Assembly: GCF_009914755.1 (NCBI RefSeq)
Contig: NC_060947.1
Length of the DNA stretch: 64,000 nt
Source of the DNA: the human T2T-CHM13v2.0 reference genome, Homo sapiens
Direction: 5' to 3' (one strand)
Of the stretch, positions 41,331 through 61,839 are shown in pieces (position 1 is the first letter of the stretch; each line of letters begins with the position of its first letter). The translations under genes were made by a program, and so were the position numbers. Below the pieces are notes generated by a model. That model saw only the letters and a program-made list of their open reading frames with translations. It was not told where the DNA came from and made no database searches.

Positions 41331-44300
41331 AAATCACATTTAACTTGATTTTCTTCTATTTTGAAAGATATGTAAATTGGGCATGATGTGATTTGTAGCA
41401 CAGTTTGAAAGGGAGCTGTTGATACAAGTGTCACCATGGTCACTTTTAAACTTCTTTTAAAAGATCTCATATATTTCAGCTTATATGCTCTTTTAAAAGG
41501 AGAAATAGGTTTCTTCTTTTGTCAACAAATTATAAGAGAGCATCTAAATTAGTTAAATTTTATTTATCACTCTGAAATAATACTTTATGAGACATTTTCT
41601 ATTTTAAGGGGAAATATCTAGCATTAATCAATGTGTTAAAAAAAGAAGTGTGAAAATAATTTCTAAACTATTACAGTGAAAGATGAACAGTGCTGATCAC
41701 TTTGTACCCAGGGTATATTATTTGGCTGCAGCGAAGTGGAATTAGAGCTATAGTGAGATGCTTCACAGAAGAATTTTACTTTGTATCTTTCCTAATCTGG
41801 CAAGCATGAGTACTTGTAAACTGGGAGAATGTCTGACTAGAACATTATTTTCTTCCTACAGGTCAACCAAACCTTCTCAGTCCTAAAGTTGTCTCAACAC
41901 TGAAGCTCTGTAGAGCAGACCATCATTACTGAATTGTACCAGATGCTAGAGCTTGTCTGACATACATTTAAATTTTCATTTTCCTGGACAACTTAATGAT
42001 ATAGAATAGTCATTTAGTTTAGGTCAGATTCTCATAGGCAAAGTAAAACAGATATCTAGATGGTTTAGGCAAAATGTAGAGAATTTTTATTTGGCTTGAA
42101 CTCACTCAGTGGTGGCTTTAATGCTCTACCCTCTCTTGGTTATAGATTCCTGTCTCTTATTTTTTTTCGTTTTTGTTTTTATTTTAGGACAGTTTATCCC
42201 AGAAGGCTAAAGTTGCCTTGCATATTCAGTTATTACAACTGTAAAGTTTGGAATCTGCACAAAGGGTCTGAAATACAGATTTTTAAAACAACAGATAATA
42301 AATAATAAGACTTAAAAGATAGTTCTTGTTTTAGTTTGCCAATTCAACTCAAGGGATAAAAAACACAAGCATTGTAACTGGCATTTTATGGCTATAAACT
42401 AATGTAAATGGATAAATAGCCACAATACCTTTAAAACCAATTCCAACTAATGAAGAAATATGCCTTTAATGATGTGTGCTTTTAAAAGGAATTTCCTGTG
42501 AGTCCTGTTTTAAGAAAGCAATTGTTTGAATTGACTTGTCAGTGATAACAAAAATTCATCTGCTTCTTTTCTTACATACATGATCATGAATATTCTAAAC
42601 TCAACTTGTACTAAAATCGAAATGGGTAATTCAAGTGTGGATTTATTTAGTTTAAAAATTAAACTGTTGTATTAAATATGGACGACATTATTCAAGAGAA
42701 TAAAACCTAAGAGGAAAAGTAACCAGTATCAAAAAACTATTATTCTTGTCCCACGTATAAATTATCTTCTAAGTATTAATTCTAAAAGCTTCATGAGCTA
42801 ACGTCCAATTATGCTGATAAAAATGTGATGCCACCCTTGATATTAAAAAATGATGTTAGTGATGACGATTGCTTCTCTGTGTTGGGACATAAATCATGTA
42901 CAATGAAAGATGCTTTCTACACTATGCAGGAATGAGGGCTGCCCTGTGATTTGTGGCTGCAGCCACTGTTTGTAGATGATGGCTTTGCTTCTCAGCTTCT
43001 TTACTTCTGTGCTACTCAAAACCTCTGCTAGAGAAAACAACCATCAAAGGCCTGACTGCTGCACACAGAACAGGTCTGTTTGCTGCTTTTGTTTCCTAGC
43101 AGTCTCCAGCGAAAGTAATTAGAGCAAATACATGGTTTAATTAGGCTCCTAAAGCTTTCCTGTTATCTTAAGAGTCAACTTAAAGTTAACTTAGTTAAAA
43201 ATCAAGCATTTCTTCCCACCTTCAAAAGATAAAAGTTTCATTTGGAAATAACTTTTACTAAGTAAGATAAACATCAGAACAATGAAGTCTGCTAGGTTTC
43301 ACATAAATTTTAATGATTTAACATCATACATGTTCTCCATGCTAATATAAATCAATAATAGAAAATTTAGCTTAATGCTATGCTCTTCCGTATTAATATC
43401 ATATAGCAGTATTTTTCTTAGTGTCAAAAGGCTATCAATTCATACTGCCTTGTCTTCAAAAGTTAGAATCTTTATTTTTTAAATTAAGTAGGATAATTAC
43501 ATAGTTAAATATATTATTTTAAAGGAGTTAGTATCATAGACTTATATTTTTCTTTGGATATTTAGAAAGCCAGCTGTCATATTTAGGATAATATGTATTA
43601 TGTTTCTTGTTGTTTCCCCTCTCTCCACTCCTCACATGGTCCTGCAATATCTGTCAGATTGAACACTTTGTTTCACTTTCATAGTCACCATCCTTGTCCC
43701 TGCCATAATTAACCCTACCAGAATTGCCTAAGTAACTTCTTAAACTGGCTTCTGCATTCTTCAGTCTCTTCTTCATATAGCCAGCAGAATATTTCCTTTC
43801 ATATGTTCCTTTCATCATACAATTCCCTGCTCAAGGACATACAGAAGCCCCCCTCCCCCTTTCTCTGCTATATCAGAATTAAATAACTAACCCTAATATG
43901 TTTCCCTGTTCTCCACTGACACAACAACCAACCTCTTTTTCTCTCTTGCTGTATACAACCTTTTCTTCCAAATTTGCCTCCCATTCTATTACAGTACATT
44001 CTTGCTGCCCACACCTCCACACAGGTTGGTTTCTTAATGGCATTCTGTATACGATTTCTCAATTTCCATCTTTACTTAAGCTGTTTCCCTCTTTTTCCTC
44101 ATCACCAACTGATGCCAATCATCTTTCTCAAGAATAAGATCAAGACCCAGAAAAAGGTTTCCTCCATCACATAATCCCACCGCCTAATCTCTTTAAGCAT
44201 TGGATGTAGGTGGAGCTAAGGATTTAGTTGGTATTCATCCATACAGGCATATCATTGTTAAATGATAGTCATTGGTAAAATAACGAATACTTTTCTACCA

Positions 44301-44656
44301 CTTAGTAAATAGCTACTGCCCTGAAACTGTTCCCCACTGAGTAGTCTTCTTGCCCACCCATTGTCCTGGCTACTACAACACCTCCGTTAGGACCTTCTAC
44401 CTCTCCACTATCCCGCAACTACAAGGTTAACTACTGGCACATTGAGGGGCTTCCAGGATTCCATACTCAAATTTTGACTGACATACATTCTTATTGGTTG
44501 GCTTGTGCTACGCAGGTTGTTGAACAGTTAAAATTACCATGCCTGGATATAACTAATCCCAGAGTTGAGAACACGGTTCTAGGCTATATGCTCCTCGAGG
44601 GCCAGGAATTAATGCTTGGTATAACAGTCTGGCAATTATCAGTACATGTTTGCTTC

Positions 44657-44790
44657 AAGGAAGGAAGGAAGGAGAAAAGAAGAGTGGGAGGGAGGGAAGT
44701 GGGGAGGGAAGGGAAGAGGATTAAAGGAAGGAAAGGGCAGAAGGAAGAAGGAAGGGAGGGAGGGACAAGGGAGAAGGGAAAGAGAAGAAC
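44657..44790. repeat. GA-rich polypurine tract
   Basis: ggaaggaaggaaggag...gggagggagggac. Confidence 0.9.
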
Positions 44791-45214
44791 AACAATGTTC
44801 AAGACGTCAATGCAGACTACCTCCCCCTCCAAATCACTTGCAACCATGCCAAAACTCTCCATGACTGATGGCAAGGCTTGGTGACTTATGCCCAACTTAA
44901 CATCTCTTCCCTCTCAAAAATATCACGCCCATTGTTTTCCTCATCTATCACAGGTCAGCAAATCTTTTTCTCACACATATTTCTTTCCCATCTTGCAGTT
45001 GTTGTTAGAAACCTCAGGAAATGTCTGTGCCCATTGATTTCCCCCTCCTGTCTTTAGTTCCATTTAGGAACAAAGAGAAATTTTAACCTTGATCATGTAA
45101 GGTTATAAGTATAAACTTACTTAATATTAGTCTTAGGGTAATGGTGATGATAAACCTCCATTAAGGAAAAGCACTTAGCAGTTCCTGATATCATTTTTTT
45201 TCCTTTCTCATTCC

Positions 45215-45352
45215 TTCCACTAGAATATAAGCTCCCTATATTCCCATATATTCTGCATGTATACTTACCTTGTATTCCCAATGCCAAGAACAGTGCCTGA
45301 CACATGGTAGATACTACTCTCAATAAATATATGCTGAAGGAGTGAATGAAAA
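45215..45352 (+). mobile_element. L2 3' end
   Basis: ctagaatataagctcc...aacagtgcctgacacatggtag...ctcaataaatat...tgaatgaa. Confidence 0.8.
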
Positions 45353-46340
45353 TTAAAAAAAAGTTTTGAAATAGAGATACCTCAAGGATCACAAGTGCTT
45401 TTGTAAAGGATCCCCTTAAGAATCTCTACAGAAATCTTCATCTATCTGCTTTAATTAAACATGCTCTTTCTCAATCATCAGCATTCAAAATATGTCCAGA
45501 TATATTTTATAAGCCTAGTTTGTAATCACTTTTATTTTCCAATGTTTCTCTAATTGTTAGTATTGCAACCCTTTTTCTTTCTACTGTATTTTCATAGCGA
45601 ATATGCAGACAGAATTTTCACATATTGTGAATTAAGTGGGTTTCTTTTGGCAAATATATAAATCCAATCGGCGTTTATTCAAAATGTTTCTATTGGTAAA
45701 ATGTGTTCTAAGTTTGAAGCAATCATTTTACAAACTGCTTTTGAAATACAACCATTTTAAGTTTCCTGAGTTTCTGTATTCAGTCTTTATTTTACTGTCA
45801 GATGATTGTTTATGAAATGTAAGTACTTTTCATTTGCCTCCTGAGTGGATGCTTTATCATCCCAAATGTTTTGTAAGCCCTCCTGAGGGCAGGGATTGCA
45901 TTCTTCTACTTTTGTTTGCCCTTTCATGGTGTCTACTACTGCGTGGAACCCAGTAACTACTTGTTGAATGAAAGATTTTACCTAAATGCAAAATACTACA
46001 TAAGGTGATGAACTCAGAGAACAATGTATTATTTTTTGCAGAAGGTGAAATATCAGTCATTCAATACACTTTTCAGTATTTAGGGCCACTGCAGCTGTGA
46101 GTCATGTTAGAGAATACATTTTCTTTAGGCTTGTTAATCATCCCTCTTTGACAAAATTTTTCACATAAGGTTTATTTAAAAAGACAGCAATACAGGACAA
46201 TAAATTATAATTATGAAAATAGCAGCGTAAGTTTAAAATATTTCTTTCATTAATTATGTGTTGTTTCTTCCTCTTAAATTCATTATCACAGAGGATCATG
46301 AATTATTATGTAAAGAATGTGATTTGAGTTCAGGAGTTAG

Positions 46341-46683
<343 letters not shown>

Positions 46684-48374
46684 TTTCAGGACCTTTTCTA
46701 AATTTGAGACTAGAAGTCAAAAGAGAAATAAGGAGGGAAAACTTTCATTTGTGGTCACGGAACAAAGAAATTTAGACTCTCATAGTGAACTGCTCTCTTC
46801 CTTCTATGACTGCGTTAAAAATACCTAGAATTGTATTTCTTAACCTGAGTCATAGTTACTTGGACATTCAGTTTATAGTTATTATTTAAACTGCATATAT
46901 GTACTTATGTACTTTTCTGTATATATGATATATTTTGCAACATAAAACAAAATAGATACCTTAAGGCAAAATCTGGTCCAAAGAGGGAAGCATATTAATA
47001 CTTCACACTGATTCAAAATTAAGAAACAAGTAAATCATTTTTTCTTTTTCCTAATTAGCATTCAGAAAGGAATAATGTTAACATTTGAATACAGCATTTA
47101 AGAAATGGTTGACATTTGCATCTGAAAGGAAGTGTCCCTTGGAAAATAAAATTGGTGCTTTCAGTATTAAAAAATAAAAAACCAAACGAAGCAAAGTGTT
47201 TTGTCTACCTAAAAAGATTTCTTGAAAGATTAAGGTCCACCTGAAGACTTTTGTCACATGGTTCAGCACTCCCCTGGGATCTTCCAGGTGTAATAGAATC
47301 AAAGCTGAGAGTTCTGCAAAGAGTGAGACAGGTAAACGGAGAAATCTTATTCAAAGTACCTAATTGTACAAGTTGATATTTATCAGAGAAAACTTACTTT
47401 TTTCTTGAAGCTTATTCATTTTCTATGATTTTGTCTGTGTATATGTGTGTACAATATAATTGCGGTTTTAGTATAATTTTTTCTCATGAACAAGATTATA
47501 TATTTCTTGAGGATAGGGATAATCTATTGTCTGGCTTTCATGCTCCCTGCGTGGCATAACTCTGGTTAGTCACCTAATACTTTTGCTTGATTTTCAAATG
47601 CATACATGTCACATTCTGATAGCTTGTGACTCCTTTGTCTCATCCATTTTATACCCGAAAGAATATGCTAGAAGATAGATATAACAGCCTCTTGTTTTGT
47701 AATGTATACCATCTGGAGGCAGTAATAGCCATTAATTGTAAATTTTTAGGGTGTTGGTATAATTAAAATGATTAAACTATAAATTTGAAAGCAGGTGTGA
47801 TTTGGAATCTTGAAATATTATTCATTCTACAGACATTCAATTTAAGTTGATTATTTGGTATTCTTACCTACCCTAAATTAAAACAAAACAAACAAAAACT
47901 CCCTGAATTTACTAGAACCATAGGCTTATGCCTAAAATAATAGCATGACATAATATTTGAGAAATGTATCTTTAAATTTCTATTACTTGAAGTACAAACT
48001 GATTTCCTCTCCATAATCTTTCTTTGAATTGAAAGTCTCATATCTTAAAATTTAATCATTGTCATAGTTTACAGTGTTACAAATTACGTTTAGCAACTGT
48101 ATTGCTAAATACAGTCTCTAATTTTTAGAGATCTTTATTCAGCTTTGGCTAAGTGTTCCTCTTTCATAAGAATTGTACATGTATGATATATCTTTGTTTT
48201 ACAATTTCAAGTACATACCCATAGCATACCACCTACTCATAAGTATTAATAAAACTTTCTTTAACCCTTCATGTCTCCTCGCTAACTAGTTGGACTGCCA
48301 TTTGACCTTTGTTATGCCATAATGGAACCAGTATTTGATAATGACCACAATATTGATCTTTAGTAACAAGAAAG

Positions 48375-48520
48375 GTATGGAAAGAGCACTCTACTGGAAC
48401 TCAGGGAAGGTGGGTTCTAGTCCCATTTCTGCCACGTATTAGCTGTGTGATCTTAAGTAGGCCATTTAATCCCAGTTTACTCTTTAAAAAATGAGAGATT
48501 AGAACCCAGTGGTTTCTAAT
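48375..48520 (+). mobile_element. MIR
   Basis: tggaaagagcact...gggttctagtccc...agctgtgtgatctt. Confidence 0.75.
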
Positions 48521-48694
48521 GTTTCTGAGACAGGGAGAAAGAGGACAGATATGTACTCTCTGGTTTCTGTATGTTTAGTTTGTTTCTTATGTTGAATCAT
48601 TTCCACAGAGAATGTTTCACTGTACTCTCAGAACAAAAAATGTAACAATGGAACATCTTAAAATAAACTACAACTTTGTTTTCATCCCTTTTTT

Positions 48695-49515
48695 CTTCCA
48701 TTCATTTATTCAAAAACATTTATTGCAGTTCAGATATGTTCTAGCTAGTGTTTAAGGTACTGCAGATATGGCAATGAATAAGACAGACGAGGTCTTTATA
48801 CTCTTGTGGAGTTTATATTCCAGTAAGGGGGTAGCCAAATAAATAAACACATAAGAAAATATTAAGTAGGGACAAACGCTATGATTAAAATGGAACTGGG
48901 TGATATGATGGATAATTTAACTATATTGGATCATCAGGGAAGGTCTCTTCCAAAGGAGAAGACTTTGTTCTGAGACCCAAATGCCAAGAAGAAACTAGCC
49001 ATGCAAAGATCAGAAGAAGAATTCCAGGCAGAGGAACAGAAGCTATCAGAAAGGTACAAAGGTATAAAAGCCTTCGTGAGCTTGGAATGTTGGAGGAACA
49101 GAAAGAAGGCCAGTTTACTTTAACATAGTGCGATCAGAGATACAGGGGCCACATCAGGGAGGGATTTATAGGACAGGTAAAGAGTCTGGAGTTTATTCAA
49201 AGTGCAATAGGTAGCCACTGGAGAGATTGTAGCAGGAGAACGAGATTACCTGGATTATGTTTTAAAAGGGCACTCTGGGTGCCACTTGAATTGTAGGTGG
49301 CCAAAAGTGGAAGCTGAGAGACCAACTAGAAGAATATTTTAGTGCTCTAGATAAAGATGGCTTAGACAATGGTGATAGTAGTGGATGTAGAGATAATTGC
49401 ACAAACTTGGGATGTATCTGGAAGGTAAGGTCTACAGAACTTGCAACAGGATTAGATTTAGATTGTGAGGGACAGGAGTGAATCAAAGCTAACTCCTAGG
49501 TGTTTGGCATGAAGA
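48695..49515 (-). mobile_element. L2 (L2a-like)
   Basis: cattcatttattcaaaaacatttattg...cagggaaggtctct...attccaggcagaggaacag. Confidence 0.85.
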
Positions 49516-49633
49516 GATTTAGTGGAGTTCTTATGCACTTAAACATTTTTACGGAAAATAGAACCCACTGAACATTAAACTCTATATAACTTCATCTTCC
49601 CCATCTTTTTGTGTACACACATGTGATTTTGTA

Positions 49634-50488
<855 letters not shown>

Positions 50489-53400
50489 AGCTGTAATCAG
50501 TGAAGCAGAATGTTTGAACAGTTTGATGTTATTTTTAATATTATTTACACAGACAACTCTATGAACATAAATCCTAGCCCTTGTCATTTTCGGCATGGCT
50601 ATAGCATTCTCATATATTCCTCTATTATTATTCCTATTATCACCCTAATCTTGAAATGTATTTGGTATTTTAAAAAATACTACCAATTTAATTTTTTGTC
50701 AAATTCCACACTACTTTCCCTGGTCTGTTTTCTATTTTTTATCAAATATGTATTAAGTACCTTCATGTACTAGGTAATTAATTACTGTCATTTTATTTTA
50801 AAAAATTTAAAAAATTATAAAATTACTGTGTAACTCTGGAGATTAGCTTGCAGAAGGGTAGGTAAAAGGAGCACCTGAAAGCAATGGAGGAAGTTTTGTC
50901 CTACTTAGTTCCAAATATAGTATTAAACTTTTTTATGATGAATGCTATCATACATAATATGAATTAAATGATGGGTTTAGCTGTCTTCATGTTTGACCGG
51001 GACTATAAGAGTCTGTTGCACAAAAGCAGAACACGCATGAAGGTGATTCATAGCTTTATGAGAATGTTTTTTTCAGATTATTATTGTGCTACCCTAGAAA
51101 CTGTTTGGAAACAGACATTCAGTCTCTGATAGCTAAACAAACCAAACTGATGTGTCTTCTGCTACTGTTATTTCTCAGCTGGATATCCAATGCTGCATTG
51201 TTTGAAGTTTTCATATTCAGACTGCCCTTGAAATGTTTCCTCTGTTCTCCTTGGTTATTATTTCCTCTCTGAAGATGATCATACCTCCTTTCATCTATCC
51301 TTTTCATTTCATTTGCCAAGATACTGTCTTGCCACTTAAAGTTAGGTGAGGGGACTAAAAGAAGACATTAATAAAAATATTCCAAAAGGCCCTCAGGATC
51401 TCCATAGTAGCCGATGATCAACACCCATGGAAAACATGGAGTGAGAAGCTCTAGTGCTCATTTAATTTGGAATTACACTTATGTGTAGCATCCTGGCAGG
51501 GTTTTGTTATCACTGCATTTGGGGTCATGGTTTTAAAAATTATGTAGCTCTACAAAGATTATTATAAAAACAACAGTCCTCTTCCCCCATTTTCTCCTCT
51601 CCAGAGGCAACAATATTCATCTCTTATGCCTTTATCTTTGATTCTTAGCTCATTATTTCTAAGCTAAGTGTTTATATTGTTATGTCTTGATTGTTCAGGT
51701 TTAGGTATCTGTTAACTTCTCTCTATGAAAGATCAGTATTTTGATCTATTTCACATAGATACATAGACAATCATATACACTCCACACACATGCACCCTTC
51801 ACATCCCTTCATTTTTCCACTGCAGATATACTGTGTTTCCATTGTTTTGACTATGCAAATGCAATTAACAGGTGAGCCAGGTAATATACTAGGATACTTT
51901 GCATTTCCTCTATTACTTTGTATTCTTCTTGGAATTAATATTTTTTGGCTGTTGAATTTTTTGTTAGTAGCACTAATTCAACCATATATTTTCCACCTAT
52001 TTTCTAAATATGCTTTCAATTTATTCAGACACAGGAAGTCCTTGAGTTTTATTTGCTGTCCTATTTTCCAGGTCTTTTGCTCTATTCTTATTGAGTACTC
52101 CATTTCTGCTTTCATATTTTTTCATCTTTGAAAAGTTTTTTTTCTATTCTCTATTTTTATATAGCATCCTATTATTTCATAGTTCAATATCTTCTCTAAT
52201 ATCAGGGATATTGATTTTAGTTACAATTATTCTCTCTGCATGTGGAAGAGAAAATTCATTGCCTCTGAACATCCTGGAAAACTGGAAGTGGTTAGACAGC
52301 AAGTGGCAAGGACAGATTTTTCATACCAGAAAGCTGGTACACTTTTGTTAAAGGTAACAGTCACCTAGGATATCTTGCAAGTCCGACCACATGCTGCTAA
52401 CTGAGCCTTCAGTATTAGAGGAAATGGTTTTTAAAAATTCATAATGTTGGTGCATCTCTTACTTTGTGCTGCTTTTAACTACTAAGTTTTCTTACAAGAA
52501 AGAGAGTGCAATCCAGAGATAGCCAAAAGGAGGCATGCTATGCTTGTAGTTTACAATCTAATTTTACTTGCGGAACATGCAGAGATGAAAAAAAACAATT
52601 ACTTTCAATATGACAAAATGAAACAGTGATAATCAATAAGACAGTATTAGAAGTTGAGAAAATTTTGGCCCCAAGTATTTTTTTAGGAGGGTCTATTTAA
52701 GAGTTCTCTTCCTGATGATGGGATCTAGCAAAAATTAAAGTAAGGGAATTTTCTTACCACTGAAACTTATTTTAGATGACTTCCAGGTATCCACCATTAG
52801 GTTGAGATAGAAAGAGTAAGGAGAAACACAGAGACTAATGAATAAAATATCAGAGATCGGATTAAAAACTAACTCTAGAAAAGATCATTGTATGTTCTTA
52901 CTCCCTCATGAGACTGAGAAGAAGTAATGAGTCTAGAAGCCTATAAGTTTTTAAAGATATTGAATTGCCAAAGAAGCTACGAAGGTTCCGAAAACCTGTG
53001 ATACAATGGCACCAAATCCTGTGAAATATTACATATAAACCTAATAAAATATGTGCATGAGCTGTACATTGGAAACTATAAAAGACTGATGAAATGAAGA
53101 CCTAAAGAAATAGAAAAATGTTTTATGTTCACGGATTGAAAGACTCAATAGTCTTAATATGTTGAAACTCCCTAATCTTATCCATAGATTCAATGCATTT
53201 TCAATAAAAATCTTAGCAAGATCTTTTGTAGATATCAGCAAGTCAATTTCTAGAATTTATACGGGAAGCAACTAAATTAGAATAGCCAAAACAACTTTGA
53301 AAAATATTTAAGTAGGAGGGCTCACATCCTGAATTCAAAATTCACTATAAATTTATAGTAATCAAGACAGTGTGATATTTGTGAAAGAGCGTACGTATGG

Positions 53401-53544
53401 ATCAATGGACAAAAGATAGAGACCAGAAGCAAGGTGCAAAGGCAATTGAATGGAGAAAGAGTAATCTTTTCAACAAACGGTGCTGAAAAAATTGGACATC
53501 CATGTGCAAACAACAACAACAACAAAATAAAAAACCTTGATTCT

Positions 53545-56675
<3,131 letters not shown>

Positions 56676-57543
56676 ATTCTTGATCTTTACCTTGCATCCT
56701 GTAAAAAAATTAACTCAAAATGTGTGTTACACCTAAATGTAAAACCTAAACCTACAAAAATTCCAGAAGAAAACATATAAGAAAATGTCTGTTAACCTTC
56801 AGTTAGGCAAAAATTTTTTGCATATGACACTAAGCACATGATCCATAAAAGAAAAACTTGTAGATTTGCCTTCTTCAAAATTTAATTTTCTGCTCTGTGA
56901 AAGACACTTTTAAGAGAAATGAAAAGGCAAGAAATGAACTGGGAAAAATATTTGCAAAACATACATCTGATCAAACACTTGTATTCAGAATATGTAAAGC
57001 ATTCTCAAAATTCAATAAAAAGAAAATGAACAATTCCAATATAAAAGATGTTAAAAGTTTGAATGGACACTATATACCTAAGAAGATACACAGATGACAA
57101 AAAAGCACATGAATAAATTCTCAGCATCTTAGTCATTAGTGAAGTGCAATTTTAAACTACAATGTGATACTACTACACTCTTATGAGAATTTCTAAAATA
57201 TAAAAAAAAAACTAGCACATGGAATGTTGGTGAAGATGAGGAGCAACTGGAACGTTCATACGTTGCTAGTGAAATGCAAAATGTCACAGCTATTTTGGAA
57301 ACATCTTGGTAGTTTTTTATAAAGTTAAGCAGACACTTTACAATACATTCCAACTATCCCACTGCTAGCTATTTAGACAAAATAGTGAAAACTTACGTTC
57401 ACACAAAGCTTGCATGTATTTATAGCAGTTTATTTTTTATGATTACCCCAAACTGAAAACAACCCAAATATCCTTTAATTGGTAAATAAAGGGACAAAGT
57501 TTGTTTTATCTATACAGTGTATAGATTTCATCTATACAATGGA

Positions 57544-58425
57544 ATGCATCACTTAATGATGGGAATATGTTGTGAGAAAATGCATTGTTAGGCGATTTTG
57601 TCACTATGCAAACATGATAGAGTTCATTTACACAAACGCAGATGTTATAACCTACTACACACCTAGGATATAGAGTATAGCCTATTGCTCCTAGGTGGCA
57701 AACCTTTATAGCATGTTACTGTACTGAATACTGTATGCAATTCTAACACAATGGTATTAGTGTATCTAAACACATCTAAACATAGAAAAGGTATAGTGAA
57801 AATATGATATAAACGATTTTAAAAATGCTATACCTCTATAAGGTACTTACCATGAATGGAGCTTCTACCACTGGAAGTTGTTCTGGGTGAGTCTGTGAAT
57901 GAGTGGTGAGTGAATATGAAGGCCTAGGACATTACTGTACACTACTGTGGGCTTTATAAACACTGTTCATATAGGCTACACTAAATTATTTTTCTTAGTT
58001 TTCTTAAAATTATTTTTCTTTCTTCAATAATAAATGCAACTTACTGTGACTTTTTTACTTTATAAACTTTTACTATTTTTAACTTTCTCTTTTGTTATAA
58101 CACAGCTTAAACACATTGTACAACTGTACAATTTTTTGTTTATATCCCTATTCTATAATCTTTTTTTCTATTGTTAAAAAGTTTGATTTTTTTAAAACTT
58201 TTTTCTAAAAACAGAGACACAAACACACACAATAGCCTAGGCCTACACAGGGTCAGGACCATCAGTATCATTGTCTTCAACCTCCACATCTTGTTCATTG
58301 GAAGGTCTTCGGGACAGTAATATGCATAGAGCTCTTATATCCTATGATAACAATGCTTTCTCCTGGAATACTTCCTGAAGGACTTGCCTGAGGCTATTTT
58401 ACACTTAACTTTGTTTTTGTAAGTA
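57544..58425 (+). mobile_element. Tigger3b/MER7 (Golem-derived) DNA transposon, 3' truncated
   Basis: atgcatcacttaatgatggg...gagaaaatgcattgttaggcgattttgtc...cctactacacacctagg...gcctattgctcctagg. Confidence 0.85.
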
Positions 58426-58795
58426 ATACCATGAACTATTATGTAGCCAGAAAAAAGAATGAAATCATATCGTTTTCAGCAACATAGGTGCAGCTGGAGG
58501 CCATTATTCTAAGTGAATTAACACAGAAACAGAAAACCAAATACTACATGTTCTCACTTATAAGTAGGAGCTAAACAATGGGTACACATGGGCATAAAGA
58601 TGGAAATAATAGACACCAGGGACTTATAAAAGTGGGAAGGATGAAGGGGGGAAAGGGCTAAAAATCTATTTATTGGGTAGTATGTTCACAATTTGGGCGA
58701 TGGGTTCAATAGAAACCCAAACTCCAGCATTATGCAATATGCCCATTGTAACAAACCTGCACATGTACACCCTGAATCTAAAATAAAATTTAAAC
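58426..58795 (+). mobile_element. L1PA15-16/L1PB-like 3' end
   Basis: gcagctggaggccattattctaagtgaattaac...aacaaacctgcacatgtacaccctgaatctaaaataaaa. Confidence 0.85.
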
Positions 58796-58889
58796 AATAG
58801 AAATTATCTCAATCATGCTGAAAAGAATTTGATGATTGCTACAGGGCAGTGATTACCACATGTTCTCATTTTTACCTTGCTTCAATATC

Positions 58890-59202
58890 AGTTTTTGTTT
58901 TTGTTTTGTTTTGAGACAGGGTCTCTCTCTGTTGCCCAGGCTGCAGTGCAGTGGCGTGACTCGGCTCATTGCAACCTCCGCCTCCTAGGCTCTAGTAATC
59001 CTCCCATCTCAGCCTCCTCAGTAGCTAGGACTACAGGTGCACATCACCATGCCCGGCTAATTTTTGTATTTTTGTGGAGGTGGGTAGAGATGGGGCTTTG
59101 CCATGTTGCCCAGGCTCGTCTCGAACTCCTGGGCTTAAGTGATCTGCCCAGCTTGGACTTCCAAAGTGCTGGGGTTACAGGCGTGAGCTGCTGTGCCCAG
59201 CC
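58890..59202 (-). mobile_element. AluJ
   Basis: tcctgggcttaagtgatctgccc; TSD tcagtttt. Confidence 0.9.
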
Positions 59203-60363
59203 AATTTCAGTTTTAATTGCATTCTATCTTATTCTTACTCTACTATCCTATATTTGCTGTTTTGAGGGTGAGGTAATGAGAAGAAGGTAACCTGCCATTT
59301 ACATGAAGTTGAATCTGCAACTTATCTAATACATTGCATAGTCTGTTTACTTAAAGTTGATCTCTTCTATTTGTTTTGGTTGCTGTCTCTCACAAGAGAA
59401 AGTTATCAGGTTATTCTTGGTTGCCCGCTCATGTTAAAGACTGTAGAACTAAAATGTTGACTGGAGATTTCTGCTTCTGGTAATTGCAGAATAAGTAAGT
59501 TGGACTAAACCACAAAAAAAGAAGTAATATCTCTTAATATCTTCAGTGCATCTGAGAGTTAATAAGGTAGTGAAAAAACACTGAACTTGGATCCAAGGAG
59601 ATGACCGAAATTTGAAAAAATCAGCTTGGGAAAAGCTAATGTAAATTTTCTCTGGAGGAAGATAACATTATCTAAACTTTGAATTATTTTTATAACCAAT
59701 TTTAATTGCAACGTTTAACATACGGTAAAAATCACACCGGAAAAAAAGAATGTGAACAAAAATCAACAGAAAAAATAGACCATAGTAGCATCTCCACAGG
59801 TGATCCAGAAATATGAGATATCTCACACAAATTTTAAGGTAACTATGTTTATCATATTCAAGGGGTTATAATACAAGATTGAGAATTTTGGCAGAGTAAT
59901 AAAAACTAAGAAGATATGAGACTTGAAGAATAAAATGGATATTTTAGAATTGAAAAACTATGAAAAACAATATCAAGAATTCCATGGATGTGTTCTCACA
60001 GGAGGTTTAAATCTGGCTGAAGAAAAATTTGGTGAACTGAAATTTGGTGAAATTTTTCCTTGGAAAGATCAGAAGAAAAATATCTAGAATAAACCATGCT
60101 CAAAAGATGAAAAACACTAAAACAAGGAAGGAACCATAAAGAATGCAAAGAGAAGGTCTAATATATGTGTAGCTTCAGATGCAGAAAAAGAGGAGAGAAA
60201 GAATAGATCAGAAGTAATATTTGTGGAAATGATGGCTGAGAGTTTTCCCAAACTAATAAAAGACATTGAGACACCCAAACAGAATAAGTACAAGGAGCTA
60301 AACACCTAAGCCTATTGTAGTAAAATTGCTCAAACCCAAGTTAAAGATAACATTATAAAATCA

Positions 60364-61305
<942 letters not shown>

Positions 61306-61839
61306 GGTGGGGAACAAAATAAGACTGACAGTTCACTTCTCAGTATAATTAGTGGAAGCTAGAAGACAATGAAATGATACCTTTAAAGTACTGAAAAAAC
61401 AGTTACTGCTTATGTAGAATTCTTTGTCTAGTTAAAATACTCTTAAAGAATGAAGGTATAATAAAATCATTTTCAAACATCCAAAAACCAAGAGAATTTG
61501 CCACAACAGATCCAATTCAAGGAAAATACTCTAAGATATTCTTCAAGCAGAAGAAATAGGATACAGATAAAAGGTTGGAGACACAAGAGAAATAAACAAT
61601 GAAAATAGAATATATGTACCTTAAACTGAAAGAATATTTCCTAATAATATCTTGTTGCTTTTTAACAAATACAGAGAATGAAAATACAAGACAGTAATCA
61701 GGAAGGGAGTAAATTGATTTAAACTGTTCTAAAATATTTGTGTTTTTCAAATAAAAGGTAAAGATACAAATGAGCATTAGATTCTATCTTTGTTATCTCT
61801 GGGGTAACTGCTTGAAGATAATACAAGAGTGTACAACTT

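Noticed and set aside
44657-44790. GGAA microsatellite enhancer or the 136-aa ORF
   Set aside because: Only about three consecutive GGAA units; the ORF is a low-complexity artefact
48089-48115. Overlapping short inverted repeats tttagcaa/ttgctaaa and actgtatt/aatacagt
   Set aside because: 8-bp arms in AT-rich DNA are too short to interpret
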